64,000 nucleotides of DNA from Podarcis liolepis (lineage: Eukaryota), in NCBI GenBank assembly GCA_965112155.1, contig OZ218103.1, one strand, 5' to 3'. Of this stretch, positions 24,155-36,146 are shown one piece after another (positions within the stretch are counted from its first letter, which is position 1; every line of letters begins with the position of its first letter). The notes beneath the pieces were generated by a model. The model saw only the letters and a list, made by a program, of their open reading frames with translations. It was not told the DNA's origin and ran no database searches. The translations under genes were made by a program, and so were the position numbers.

Positions 24155-25384
24155 CTATTTTTCTGTTTCCATTGTGAGACGCAGATCCAGTAGGATAAAA
24201 AGCATGCTTTTATATTAAAAACTATAGTTGTTGTGTGTCAAAATGCTACCTCAGCAGTTAAGTATCTCAGCACCTCCATTAAAGGTCTTATGTAATGCCT
24301 TGCTGGAACAGAAAAAGAATATTAGTATAGTATTTGATCCCAACAGCGACCACCTGTTTGTGGAAGCTCCTGGAAGCTCACAAATAGGATACGCAGATGA
24401 GTGCCTTTCACTGTGCAACCCAAGTACAAGCATTCCCAACCTTTATGCGTACAAGGAACTCTTTTTACCGTCAACATCTTTTCAAGAATGCCACATGTTA
24501 ATTGTAATTTTAGGCTCTGTTATTTGGGGGGAGGAATGACAAAAAATTATTATGAACTTAATGTGGTAAAAAAAAAAAACACTGCAGGGTGTGAACATTA
24601 TCAACCTGTGCCAGAACTGAATTAACAAGACAGAGGGGTATGTCTCCCTGTACACCATTACTCATGCTTTTACCCAGTCAGTCTCCCATCACGTCATGGT
24701 TTTGCATAGGATATAGAGCAGCTGAAACAAAGCAGGGCAATTAGCTGCAGTTAATATGCAATTTCATTTCTAATTAAAGTTTTCCCTTATGCATGGCAGG
24801 CCTGATATTGGTATCCCCTGGAGTACCATCCAATTATGATAGTTTTTTATATTATTATATATGTTAAAAAACTTATCACATCGCTAAACCAATCTAGCTC
24901 AAAAAGTGTTATTTATACAGTTTTAATTAAGATTTATTTAAATCAGCAACATGTGTTAATTGAGATATGCTTTTTTATTTATGCCACACAGAAGGAAGCA
25001 CTACAGCTGTAGTACACTAGGAGTCTTGTCGTTTGAAATGATAATTTATTAAAAGGAAGTAGGGAGTTGCCAATTAGAAAGAGGTAGTAGCTTACTCGCA
25101 GTGGATAAGTCTTTTCTGGAAATTCCCCAGCTTTTCTGGAAATGACCAAGTTGGTCACGCCTTTTTCATAATGTTATTGATCACAGTATCACAACTTGCC
25201 TCCTACCCCACAAACTTTGGGTCAATCATTCTCTGTTAGCCTAAGTTACTGCATTTCTGTGAGGATCTTCAAGACAAATGAAATAAAGACATTTTGCTGT
25301 CCTTAAAAAAGGAAAAGCTGAGATTTCAAGTATGTACTTGTTATAGATATGCTGAACTGTACATATACAGAATGCAAACAGAAC

Positions 25385-25581
25385 AATCTTTGGGGCCTTC
25401 ACAGTAGTTGCATCCGCCCTGTGGAACAACCTCCCATCAGATGTCAAGGAAATAAACAACTGACTCTTAGAAGACATCTGTAGGCAGCCCTGTATTATTT
25501 ATGTCTGATATTTTAGTATGCTCTGATATATGCTGTGAGCCACCCAGAGTAGCTGGGGGAAACCCAGCCAGATGGGTGGGG

Positions 25582-25612
<31 letters not shown>

Positions 25613-25620
25613 AATAATAC
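25385..25620 (+). mobile_element. L2-type LINE 3' end with (TTA)n/(TAA)n tail
   Basis: GCCCTGTGGAACAACCTCCCATCAGATGTCAAGG...CCCAGAGTAGCTGGGGGAAACCCAGCCAGATGGG; related copies at 29.06 kb and 47.83 kb. Confidence 0.75.
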
Positions 25621-26247
25621 AATAAAGAAGGCTCTAAGAATGAACTTCATCAAGAATAGAAATCATACGTGAGTATTTTCTTACTTTAAAGGGATTGCTT
25701 TCTAAAGTTTCTTTCTGACCCATTTCTCAAACAATAGTTTAAAGTTCTCACCAAGCTTAAGGGAAGCTGTAAGGTCTAAACAGAATCTCTTGAGATCTTT
25801 AAGCATTTTATCCTCTCCATCCTATGAATGAGAAGTTATTTGCCCCTGTTACCCACAAAGGCCTTCAGAGTAGCAAGATGGGGAATCCAGAGAAATAAAC
25901 TAGCATTCTGGACAATTAGGCTCCATTTTACCTCTCAAAGAACGAGTGCTATTTGCTGGATGGGAATACAGACATTTTAAGATAGATTAGTCCCACAACT
26001 CAACTGAGATTACAGAGAAATGAGAAGAAGCGGCCATATATTTTGGTACATCTGACACCCAGAAATGAGCATGTTAACCTCTGTACAAATTAAAACGCTC
26101 ACCATACATGAGGGAAAAAAGTAAAGGCAGTAATCTTTTCCAAGTTCATAACCCAAAATAAATGAGAACAGTAATCTACAACAGATTTCCCATGCATCTT
26201 ATGCCAAGAGTAAATCAGTATCAACATAAAACACTATTTTCATACTG

Positions 26248-26253
26248 TTTATT
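26248..26253 (-). terminator. DDX20 poly(A) signal AATAAA
   Basis: TTTATT on +, ~143 nt past the DDX20 stop codon. Confidence 0.65.
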
Positions 26254-26395
26254 AGCAATACTGTTGCAGCATTTCACCTTCTGGAAAGTATACAAAACAG
26301 TATATACATGGAATAAAGAAAATATGTGAATGTAAACAGAAACAGAAAGGTGATTGAAGATTCCACTAGTAGGTTTTGGGTGGCAGGAATTCCCA

Positions 26396-27492
26396 TTATC
26401 TGTTACCGCGCAACAACTCTTCAAAATAGATTGCATTGGCATGATAAGCAGTTAGTAAGTTTGATGGTCGCTGATACATTTGGTAGTATGAACGAGACGC
26501 TTCTGCGTAATGGTCCCGCCAAGCCCGGTAATATGCTCGCCAGTATTCCTCATAACTCTGATCTTCACGCTCAGGGAAAGGAGTAGGTTTGACTTCAGAT
26601 ACACTTTTAAAATTCTTGCTCTTGGAAGGCTTGGTGGTACAACAGAAGCGGCTTTGATTGCTCTGTTTTACATTCTGTTCCTTTATCTTCTGTAGCTGAG
26701 GACTCTTTTGGAACTGTGGTGGTTCAGGGACACCACTGAACTGCGAAACACATTTCTGATCTGATGTCAGTGCACCATTGTCTCTTTGTTGTGTATCTGA
26801 AGATGCTTTACTATATGACTGGTCCTCCCAGCTAGAGGTGGATGACCCAGAACTGTAAGAGCTACTATCGCTATCAGAGTCTCCTGTCAATACATGAGCT
26901 TTTGCAGCATGCAAGCTGGATTCTGTTTCAGTATAAATTCTATTAGTATCACTTTCTGGGTGTTGATGCTGCTCTCCTGGGCCTGTATAGCTTCTTATTA
27001 TTTCCACTTCTCTCTCTGAGCCTTCTTTAATGAAGTATTCATAATCCTCAATGAACTCCGCCATGCTCCATGTGCTGGTGGACTGCTGGTTCTTAAATGA
27101 TGATAAGCAAGGGATCTTGGGAAGCATGCTTTTTAATGTTTCCCTGTCCATCTCCTCGTTATGCTTTCCAGAAGTCTGAAGACAAGGCTCTATTTGGCGC
27201 TTCTGCTGAGTAATACTATGGGAAGACTGTTGCTTCCTGGTTATTTTTGGTTTTGTATCCTCCATTCTTGTTTTAAGTAATTGCTTCTGTTTGAGGGCTT
27301 GTTTTGGCTTGGCTGCAACAGAATTTTCACAAACAACAGGAGCACTGGTGCTTACTGTTGTGTGCTGCATGGTCGCCTCCGGTCTCTTAGCTGGCAACAG
27401 AGATGCATGCTGTGAAGCATTGGGATATGGGACAGCAGTGACTTCGACATCCCAGCCTTCAAACTGTTCCATGAGCCCAGGAGGTATAGGTT
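26396..27492 (-). CDS. DDX20: DDX20 exon 11 (long C-terminal exon to stop)
   Basis: gtgaag/AACCT acceptor gives EPIPPGLMEQ; open to TAA; ends in the Gemin3 C-terminal motif YEEYWRAYYRAW...YHANAIYFEELL. Confidence 0.96.
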
Positions 27493-28064
27493 CTTCACAA
27501 GAGAAAAATGTTATTAGTCAAGAGCAACATACAGTATCTCTTTTCAAAGAAATTCTCCTAATCACAAATATATCTAAGTGACTCCATCATAAAACATGTT
27601 TTGAATGCAAGCATTTGATTAAAAGCATGTGCCAGGTGTTTTTACTAGACAGTTTGTAGTTTAAAAATAAAAGAAAGATCAATACATACAAAAGTATTAC
27701 TATTAGCTAAATGAAGTTACATAATGCTATAAAACAGTCAGAGCTAAAGAATAATGATCCCATAAGCCAATGACTGGGTAAGTCCATCTAAAACAGTCAA
27801 TTTTCTTCTTTTGACAGCTTCCAAAAGTTAAGGTTTCACAACCTCTCTTGCTGAACTGCTCTGCCAGAAAGGAACATCTTCCTAAATCTATGTTCATCTT
27901 GTTTGGAAATATTGTTTCCTGTCCTCTTTAGAGCTTCTCAGTTTTTATACTGTTGAAGGTCACAAGGTTGTCATACTAAGCAGCTCCCTTATTTGACCAA
28001 ATGCATTATTTATTTAGTGTCTTAATTACTGGGCTATTAATTATATTGTCAATGAATCTAGCTT

Positions 28065-28190
28065 TACTGGATAGCTCAAGTGGTAAAGCACAAGACTCTT
28101 AACCTCAGGGTCATGGGTTTGAGCTCCATGTTGGGCAAAAAGATGACCCTTGTGGTCCCTTCCAACTCTACAATTCCATGATTCTGTGAC
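28065..28190 (+). mobile_element. tRNA-Lys(CTT)-derived SINE with CR1-like tail
   Basis: GGATAGCTCAAGTGGTAAAGCACAAGACTCTTAACCTCAGGGTCATGGGTTTGAGCTCCATGTTGGGC resembles tRNA-Lys, fused to GGTCCCTTCCAACTCTACAATTCCATGATTC. Confidence 0.8.
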
Positions 28191-28588
28191 TTTAAATGAT
28201 TTAACAACTAAAAACTCTGGTACATTACTTTTCTGAAATAATTCAGTATTTCCACTCAGGAAACAATTAACTAAATATTTAAGATTCAGAATGTGCCTAT
28301 GGTACAAACCTATACATAGTATAAAAAGAAACCCCACTTAATTTAATGGGAGTTACTCCCAGGTAAGCAAGTACAAGACTGCAGCTTAACCACCTATAGC
28401 ACCATTCAGAAGGACAGGGACAGAGAACTTGTGGCTCACCCACTGTTGTTCAACAGCAAGCAATGAATGACCAGGTGTGATGGGAACTGTACTTCTGGAG
28501 GGCCAGTTTTCCTGTCCCCACCTTCCCCGCATAAAGACATGCTCAAATTAATGCACCATGGTCCCACATACACCAGAAACACTTGTAC

Positions 28589-28690
28589 CTGGTAAAGGAA
28601 GCAACCGAAGGTTACATTTCTGTGCAATTTTCATCATCATGTTTTCTTCTTCCCCACGGCAGCAATATGTCACTGCTAGCCCTAAAGTTC
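28589..28690 (-). CDS. DDX20: DDX20 exon 10 (102 nt)
   Basis: cacag/GAACT...CCAG/gtacaa; [33 protein letters not shown]. Confidence 0.96.
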
Positions 28691-28777
28691 CTGTGACAAA
28701 GCAGAGAGATAAATCAGTTGGAAAGAGTTGTAGATCCAGCACCTGTCACTGCATAGCAAACTCAAAGCAGTATTTAC

Positions 28778-28883
28778 CAAAGCGCCCAGCTCTGCCAATC
28801 CGATGCATGTATGTTTCCCAATCCAAAGGCACATCCAAGTTGATGACTAGATTCACCTTCTCAGCATCAATTCCACGGGAAGT
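28778..28883 (-). CDS. DDX20: DDX20 exon 9 (106 nt), helicase motifs V-VI
   Basis: ctcag/ACT...TTTG/gtaaat; TSRGID...[11 protein letters not shown]. Confidence 0.98.
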
Positions 28884-29054
28884 CTGAGAGGAAGGATGGG
28901 TGAAGTTAAAGGTGGTAGTAAGGAGGAAACAAGTCAAACACAACATTTAGACTTCTTCAGTTGTTCCATGGTACCAGGAATAAACCGCAGCCTCCCAATC
29001 AATTTACACACATTAAGACACAAAACAAGCCATTTGCTCTAGTTCCGAAGGACT

Positions 29055-29210
29055 ACTTTTATTTATTTATTTATTATTTATACCCCGCCCATCTAGCTGG
29101 ACTTCCCCAGCCACTCTGGGCGGCTTCTAACAAAATATTAAAATACAGTAACCCATCAAACATTAAAAGCTTCCCTAAACAGGGCTGCCTTCAGTTATCT
29201 TCTAAATGCT
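29055..29210 (-). mobile_element. L2-type LINE 3' end
   Basis: TTTATACCCCGCCCATCTAGCTGG...CCCCAGCCACTCTGGGCGGC...CTAAACAGGGCTGCCTTCAG, reverse of the 47.83-kb copy. Confidence 0.75.
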
Positions 29211-29749
29211 GCTGGGTGTGTTGCTCAAAAACAATTGCTTCAGCATAGTTTCATTACAGTAAGTGGGCACAATCCACAGAAGATCAGGAGCGTTCAAGGC
29301 TCCCTAGGATGCATTAATGTAATTTTGCAACTTAAACCATTCTAATTTCAAAGCCATCTAAATGACACTTCTCTGGGTCTTCCTCAATGAGACTACTCTG
29401 AAAATACTATGCTTTCATTTTTGCTCACAACTGTCTATACAAACCTTAAAAGAAATATGCTGGAAGTAGACTAAACTTTGGAAAGACAAGAGCATGGGGA
29501 AAATATCTTCATCAAATAGTGGTTAGTATTTTCCTCTTCTCAAGATTGATTTACAACATATTTTAGTGCAAAGAATGTACGGTTTCAAATACTATTGCAT
29601 TTGTATGTACTAGCACATTTCCCAGGGACATAAGCGCACTAGCTTGGTTGGAGTTTCTACTTCCTTAAAGTCAGATCTATATGAAGTACATCTATAAACC
29701 TTTACACTTTTTAAAAATTCGACATCAGGGTGGAGTGGGGGAACCTCAC

Positions 29750-29832
29750 CAAATCAGTTGAAATCAAGACTCTGCAATGAAACTGCTTGAGTTTGGCCAT
29801 AGCATCAAGTCGTTGGTTCTGATTCATACTGC
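29750..29832 (-). CDS. DDX20: DDX20 exon 8 (83 nt)
   Basis: ctctag/GCAGT...TTG/gtgagg; [27 protein letters not shown]. Confidence 0.97.
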
Positions 29833-30114
29833 CTAGAGAAAGACGAACAAATGGAGAAATGAAGACCAGACAACAAAAGTACTAGCAGAATCATTAGGGT
29901 AGTGTCTCCTCCACACACACTTTTCTCTAATCTATCTATTGTACATACATAGTAATTCCTACCAAGCTCAAATGGGCCTTACTCCTAAATTAATATTTAT
30001 ACAATTGCAACTTAAAATAACATACTTACACATGTGCATGAAAACAACAAATTCCACATAAAACATTGCTGAAATTAATATAAGAAAAAATTATCAATAG
30101 GCCTGCAAACTTGC

Positions 30115-30173
30115 CTGAAATGCACTCAGCAGGAAAACCTTTGGAAGTCAGTAAATCTGCTAGATGTTGAGCT
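30115..30173 (-). CDS. DDX20: DDX20 exon 7 (59 nt), GC donor
   Basis: tttcag/AGCT...TCAG/gcaagt; [19 protein letters not shown]; only this boundary keeps the frame. Confidence 0.95.
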
Positions 30174-30665
30174 CTGAAACAGTGAAAAAGAAAATACAGT
30201 AAATGTATTTATAGCATAACACTTCATGACTGCCCCACTTGCCAGCTCCTCAAAACTGTCTGACAGGAGTGTATAGCAAATATTTAACAAACAGCTAAAC
30301 TTAGCAGCATATTGTTCCTGGCATAATAAGATGCAAGCACAATTGATTTAATCTGGAATCATTTCCCCTTGATTACTTCATCCGCTGTATATATGATGAA
30401 CTCTTAGTCTTTAAGTCATAAAAATATGGTGTGTGATTTAAAGGCATGAGATTTTTAGAAATAAATCCTACTGTTTTAATTCAATTCAATACTGCATGAC
30501 ACACTAAACAATAGATGACCAATCTTACAGCCCTAGAAACTCACTAGCTTTACCAACTTTAATGTGCATTGGCTTTCACTTACAGAAACAGGAGCATTGC
30601 TATAAAACACCAAATAATTCATTGTTATTTTAGCTAATCTAGATTTTTAAAAAAACATAAAATAC

Positions 30666-30804
30666 CGGCTATGTAGATTCGAGAAGACCAGGGCCTGGTT
30701 GAAAGGAATCTTGCTGAACAGCTCCTGTAAATGCTCAGCCTTCTCCTCAAAAGTCTTATGAGGTAACGGGTGAGAATTCACAACTTTGAAGTACTGCTTC
30801 AACC
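30666..30804 (-). CDS. DDX20: DDX20 exon 6 (139 nt)
   Basis: ggttag/GGTTG...GCCG/gtattt; [10 protein letters not shown]...[13 protein letters not shown]. Confidence 0.97.
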
Positions 30805-30989
30805 CTAACCAAAACAGGATGGGCTTATATATCATTTGTACAAACAAAAACTCCTTTAAGGAAAGGATACAAATGTAACAATAATAAATGGTTGTCCCAA
30901 TAATTCTGGTTAAGTTGTTATATAAAGGATTAACATGGCAGACAATAAATTAAAACCACATATTTATCAAGGTGACAAAGTCTATAACT

Positions 30990-31125
30990 GGGGTGGTGAT
31001 TGTATGGCCTTCCAGAAACTGTTGGACTCTCAACTTCCATCAGCCCCAGACAGCATGGCCAATCATCAAGGATGATGGGAATTAAAGGCCAGCAACAACT
31101 GGAAGGTCATAGCTTCCCCACTACT
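30990..31125. mobile_element. Short hAT-type MITE (same family as 42788-42925)
   Basis: Internal inverted CCTTCCAG...CTGGAAGG and CCATC...GATGG arms. Confidence 0.6.
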
Positions 31126-31196
31126 TTAGAATCAAGCATACAACTCTAAGATATTTGGAGGGTTGTGCAGAAATGCAAAGAGCACATCATACATAC

Positions 31197-31339
31197 CAAT
31201 GAGACTTGGGTCCGTGGGATTCAATCTCACAAAGGTGGGATCTCTCATGTACCTAGTCAAAGAATTAGCCAAGGATTCAGGATAGGTGGCCGACACAGCC
31301 AACATTTGCTTATTGGCTGGTAGAGAAGAATAAATCCAA
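31197..31339 (-). CDS. DDX20: DDX20 exon 5 (143 nt), motif III SAT
   Basis: ctgtag/TTGG...ATTG/gtatgt; [22 protein letters not shown]...DPSLI. Confidence 0.97.
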
Positions 31340-31441
31340 CTACAGAGAGAGGATGGGAAGCACCATTTAGAACAAACACTTCAAACCAAATATGTTTCAG
31401 AAACAAAAAGATTATAATGATTACTGGTAGGCTACTCTTAC

Positions 31442-31556
31442 TTGATTTGATCCTGGAAACTACCTTCTTCCAGAAGCTTATCTGCCTCATCAAGAATGAA
31501 GAGACGAATGCTGGCTGTATTCAGATAGTTCAGTTCTATGAGTTGCTTTATGCGCC
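31442..31556 (-). CDS. DDX20: DDX20 exon 4 (115 nt), DEAD motif
   Basis: ggcag/GGCGC...TCAA/gtaaga; [11 protein letters not shown]...[20 protein letters not shown]. Confidence 0.98.
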
Positions 31557-31788
31557 CTGCCAACAACAAAAATTGCATTAGGATCTTAAGCATACAACAC
31601 ATCTAACTGAAATAAATATACTTTTGCAAAAGAATAGTAAACATAGCACCTTGCTAAATATGACTGATTAACTCTCTATGTGCAGTTTTCAAATTCTGCT
31701 CTGTAAATATGTTTGCACAGACAGCATCCACTAGTTTTTGTAGCACAATACAAGATTTGATAAACACATATCATTTTATTTGTCTCAC

Positions 31789-31957
31789 CAGGAGAGCCAA
31801 CTGCTATGTGACACTTTTTCAGCCTCATTTTATCTTGGTTTAAAGGGGTTCCTCCAATGAAGACATGACATTCCAAGCCTTCCATCTTGATCCCAATAGT
31901 TGTAATAACTGCATGAATCTGAACAGCAATCTCTCTGGTAGGGGCCAAGATCAAAAT
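31789..31957 (-). CDS. DDX20: DDX20 exon 3 (169 nt), motifs Ia/GG/Ib
   Basis: ttcag/ATTTTG...CCTG/gtgaga; [13 protein letters not shown]...FIGG...VGSP. Confidence 0.98.
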
Positions 31958-32193
31958 CTGAAAAAAAGGTCAAGCTGTGAATAGACTAGAAGAACAAACA
32001 AAAAATGAATACATCATATTTCCTAGATTATTAACCCCTCTGCTCCCGTAACAGCTGAGGGACCAATAAGTGACACTTCTTTGATGGCATTTTTAGTCAG
32101 CTAGAAGCCAGATATCCCCTCAATAAGTGCCAATCACACTTACAAAGCATCCTTAAATATCAGCATAAATCCATATGTAACAGTTATAATAAA

Positions 32194-32326
32194 CTGAGCT
32201 TTTGTGTGCATGCACACGAAAGCTCATACCAATAACAAACTTAGTTGGTCTCTAAGGTGCTAGTGGAAGGAATGTTTTTATTTTGTTTCGACTACGGCAG
32301 ACCAACACGGCTACCTACCTATATCT
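32194..32326 (+). mobile_element. Short Penelope-like fragment in DDX20 intron 2
   Basis: GCACACGAAAGCTCATACC...CTAAGGTGC...AACACGGCTACC; 12-bp TSD AGTTATAATAAA at 32182-32193 and 32327-32338. Confidence 0.85.
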
Positions 32327-32459
32327 AGTTATAATAAAGCTTACCTATGAGGGAGCTAGAATGAAACTCTCACTGAATAGCACTGCCCTTGTAAATAATC
32401 TTGTTATTGATTACTGACATCACTTCTCTCAAAACTTTACACAAAACTATAATGCTCAC

Positions 32460-32554
32460 CTGCGTAAAAAGGCTTTCCAAAATAAGGGAATCAAGTGCAA
32501 TAGTAGAGAAGACACAGGTTTTACCAGTGCCAGATTTTGCTTGTACAATGAGAT
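32460..32554 (-). CDS. DDX20: DDX20 exon 2 (95 nt), Walker A
   Basis: ttcag/ATCTC...CAG/gtgagc; [16 protein letters not shown]. Confidence 0.98.
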
Positions 32555-33400
32555 CTGAAAAGTAAACAAATAGAAAAATGTCAAGAAGCAGCCAAAAGAT
32601 CACCACCAAAAATCCAGGACAAATGACAAGTAAATTAGGCCAGTCATCAGCAACCAATTCACTTTCAATGGAACACCGCTCCAAAGCTAAAACCATCCAA
32701 CAGTCATCCATCTAACAGCAAATAAATATTTACAGTACACCAATCACATTAAAATATATTAAAATAGAGATTAGATGTTTCATCAGTATTATTAGCTTCA
32801 TCTTGCAACTTTGTCTCTTCCAAGTGATATCTAAACAAACAAACAAACAAACAAACAAACACATAACACAAAGCTCCTATGCTGGTACAAGAACAAATGG
32901 GCACCAGGAGTGGGTCTTCTTGCAGTAGCAATTTTCTTGAAGGCAACTTGCCCTTCACTTCTGATCTTTCTCTACAATATGCAGGTGGAAGTAAAATGCC
33001 AGGTGTTTGCTTGATTTCTCATCTCACCGCATACCAGGACATGTACAGAGTATACGCCACTTCAATCAATAATAAGATTCTCAAAACATCAATTTTAATC
33101 CAAAAGTCCTGCACAGACCCAACTTAAATGTTTTATTGTCTGTTTTTCATAGACCATCTCCATGCCCTCTCACCATACGCCTTTTAAAAAAAATCCACAA
33201 AGACAAAAGAAGGCAATGGTTGCATCCGTGGCACATGCCACTTTAGTTTGGCCTGCAACCTACAGCCCAGTTTTGCATATTAGCCACTTAGCTAAGGAGC
33301 CTACTGCAATATGCAAAAGGCTCATTGCCTCAGAAAGGCCTCCTTAAACACGCAAGCACAAAGCTCTGGAATAACCCTCTGAAAGGTAAAATGCCTGCTA

Positions 33401-33814
33401 CAGTGGTACCTTGGTTCTCAAACGCCTTGGTACTCCACCAACTTGGAACCCAAACACTGCAAACCCAGAAGTGTGAGAACTTTTTTTGGAAGCCGAACAT
33501 GCTCCGTTTTGAGTGTTGCGCTTCCAATTTGAGTGCCACAGTTCCATTTTGAGTGTTACGCTGAGGTCTGCCTGTTTTTGCTATTTATTTTGTGTTTTTG
33601 TGGCTCTCTTTTTTGTTTTTTTGACTGTGTGGAACCCAGTTCAGCTACTGACTGACTGATTGATTGTGTGACTGAGGTACATTGTTTATTGCTTATAGGG
33701 GTTGTTTTTAAAAGCCTGGAACGGATGAATCCATTCTGCATGACTTTCTATGGGAAAGCGAGCCTTGGAACAGACTTCCGGAATGGATCAAGTTTGAGGA
33801 GCAAGGTACCACTG
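33401..33814. mobile_element. Tc1/mariner (pogo/Tigger-like) MITE
   Basis: TA|CAGTGGTACCTTG...CAAGGTACCACTG|TA: TIRs with TA TSD. Confidence 0.9.
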
Positions 33815-34049
33815 TACCTTCTTACAGCCCACATTGCTCCACTGCCTCAGCAGCATTTTTCTTCCCCACGCAAGTTCTTGGCCTGACTTCTGACACTCTC
33901 CTATCCTTTGGCACAAAGACTCTACACCCAGGGCCGGCCCAAGACATTTTTGCACCCGAAGCCAAAACCCCAATGGCAGTCCATTCCCTGCCAGGGAAGG
34001 AGTGGAGATCTACACAAGGAACAAGGGCGAGGAGAGAGAAAGATCCATA

Positions 34050-34830
34050 TCGGGATCTGCTGACCCTGGGGATCCTGCCGCAGAAGGCGACGGCCTCACC
34101 TGCCCTCCCAATCCCTCATCCCGCCTCACCTAGGCCGCAGCGCCCCAGCGGGATGGCTTTGAGCTGCACTGGGGAAGGCCTCAGGAACCCGGCAGCTTTC
34201 AGCCCCTCCAGGACCGGGGCCGACAGCAGCAGCGACCCGAAGTCTTCGGGCCCTTCGTGCAGAAGCACGTCCCGGGTACGGAGCCAGCTCTCAGCAGGAG
34301 CCACCTCGGTAGCCGCCATCTTGGGAAAGAGAGCGGGAACCCTGGGAAAGCGTCGGGAGAAACGAGGGGCGACGAGACCTTGCGGATGTGACGACAGAGG
34401 TGCGCGCGCCGAACACAAACACAAAAAAGATACGGCGCGGTGGGCGGGGGGGGGGAGAGAGAATCGCTTCAGAGAAGTGCCTGAGAGAGGAAGCGGATTG
34501 CGGGGGGGGGGGGGGGAGATAATTGGATGGCTGAAAGAGGACCGAACCATTGAGACAGGGGTGGGGGTGAAGTGAGCGTAGGTCCTTTAGGCTGCGGGCG
34601 GAACCAAGCAGCCATTCTTTGTGGGGGGGGGGCTGCACCTAAGCGGGAGAAATAAAGGGCTTATCTAAGGCAGCGTCAAGATGGGTGGAAAGGAGGAGGA
34701 GGCGGCGGCGATCGCGGGCTACTTCCATCTATATACTGCCTGAAGCTCGTGTTTTCATGACAGAAGCCCCCGTTGCTGCCTCCGTTTCACTTCCTTTTCA
34801 GGCTTGTTTCCAGTGTGTCTTTTTCTCGAT
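34050..34830. promoter_or_regulatory. CpG island / DDX20 promoter
   Basis: High GC and CpG; YY1 motif AAGATGGCGGC over the ATG (34312-34322); GGAAG/ACTTCC ETS-like, ATTGG and G-run motifs. Confidence 0.8.
34130..34319 (-). CDS. DDX20: DDX20 (Gemin3, DEAD-box helicase 20) exon 1 coding part, Q motif
   Basis: AAGATGG Kozak ATG at 34319; RTRDVLL...[34 protein letters not shown]; CTAG/gtgagg donor; all 11 exons join to 2298 nt (765 aa). Confidence 0.96.
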
Positions 34831-34899
34831 TGGAAGCACCTGTGGGCAGAGACCTGCTCTCTTTCTTTCTTAAGCACCTTCTATCTGAATGGGATCTAG

Positions 34900-34903
<4 letters not shown>

Positions 34904-34955
<52 letters not shown>
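34904..34955. repeat. (TA)n microsatellite, ~26 units
   Basis: Direct reading. Confidence 0.95.
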
Positions 34956-34960
<5 letters not shown>

Positions 34961-35920
34961 TATTTTTCTGCTGTGGTTCTTGTATTGACGTTTTCTCTTG
35001 TTTCGTTTCCGATTTTTTTGCAAGCTGAATTGGAATTTGATAATAAAGAGCGGGATCAGTGTGTTAATAAAACGAACATTTGGCCCTCGATTAATAACAA
35101 TCATAAATAAAATGCAGTGATATATATATATCAGCTAGAGGCTTCTACATTTTAAGCAAACATAGTTTGGGAATGCTGGGTAGAAGATCCATTGAGAAGT
35201 TGGGAATTACTTCTGTGTAAAGATGAATCGGATTGGGTACCGATCCTAAAATTACTTGGGAGTAAAACCTACAAGCAAATGGGACTCATGTGTAAAGTTG
35301 TATAGGATATGATTAACTTTTGCAAGGAGTGATATACATGGTGATGATTGATCACCATTTGCTAGTAGTCAATAAGGCTCAACAGAACTCTTTGTTGACA
35401 AAATCCACGTCATAATTTTGTTTGTTCAATAACAATTGCACATGCTGTTTCTTACCAGAAGAGGGTGCACCCTGCTCAGAAACGCATCTTTTCTAAAGCT
35501 GTGCACAACAAAACTTCCCGTTCTGTATCAGTTTATGAGCAAAGAAACTGCATTCTTACTTCAAAAATCATAGAAGACTTCTCATCATGGGTGCAGGCCT
35601 GGACCAAGCAGGGGGGAGAGAGCTGGCATGTGTCCCAAGCAGCAGGTGGGGCAGTGGGGCAGCAAAATTATCAGCTTGTCGTGCCCACTCCTGTGTGTGC
35701 ACAGACTCTCAACTTTGCCAGGTGGGGTGGGGCAAAAGTTTGCAAGGATGAACGTGGGGCAGACTTCCAAGTCTCCCATAACCCTCCTTTTAGGCTCCAC
35801 AATCAGGGCTTGAAAGGGGTGGGTGTGGGAAGTCTTGGAAAACCTACCCTGAGCTGATCTCTGTGTTGAAAGGGATTGGTGCTGAGCAGGCTTTTTGAGC
35901 CTCCCCACTTTGAAGCTCTA

Positions 35921-36146
35921 CAGTGGTACCTCGGGTTACAGACGCTTCAGGTTATAGACTCCGCTAACCCAGAAATAGAGCTTCAGGTTAAAAACTTTGC
36001 TTCAGGATGAGAACAGAAATCTGGCTCTGGCGGTGCGGCGGCAGCAGGAGGCCCCATTAGCTAAAGTGGTGCTTCAGGTTAAGAACAGTTTCAGGTTATG
36101 TACAGACCTCCCGAACGAATTAAGTACTTAACCCGAGGTGCCACTG
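35921..36146. mobile_element. Tc1/mariner-type MITE
   Basis: TA|CAGTGGTACCTCGGGTTA...TAACCCGAGGTGCCACTG|TA. Confidence 0.9.

Noticed and set aside
28065-28137. Possible tRNA-Lys gene
   Set aside because: Stem and B-box mutations plus a fused CR1-like tail make it a SINE
33973-34575. 200-aa + strand ORF
   Set aside because: Antisense shadow of DDX20 exon 1 in a stop-poor CpG island; no recognisable protein
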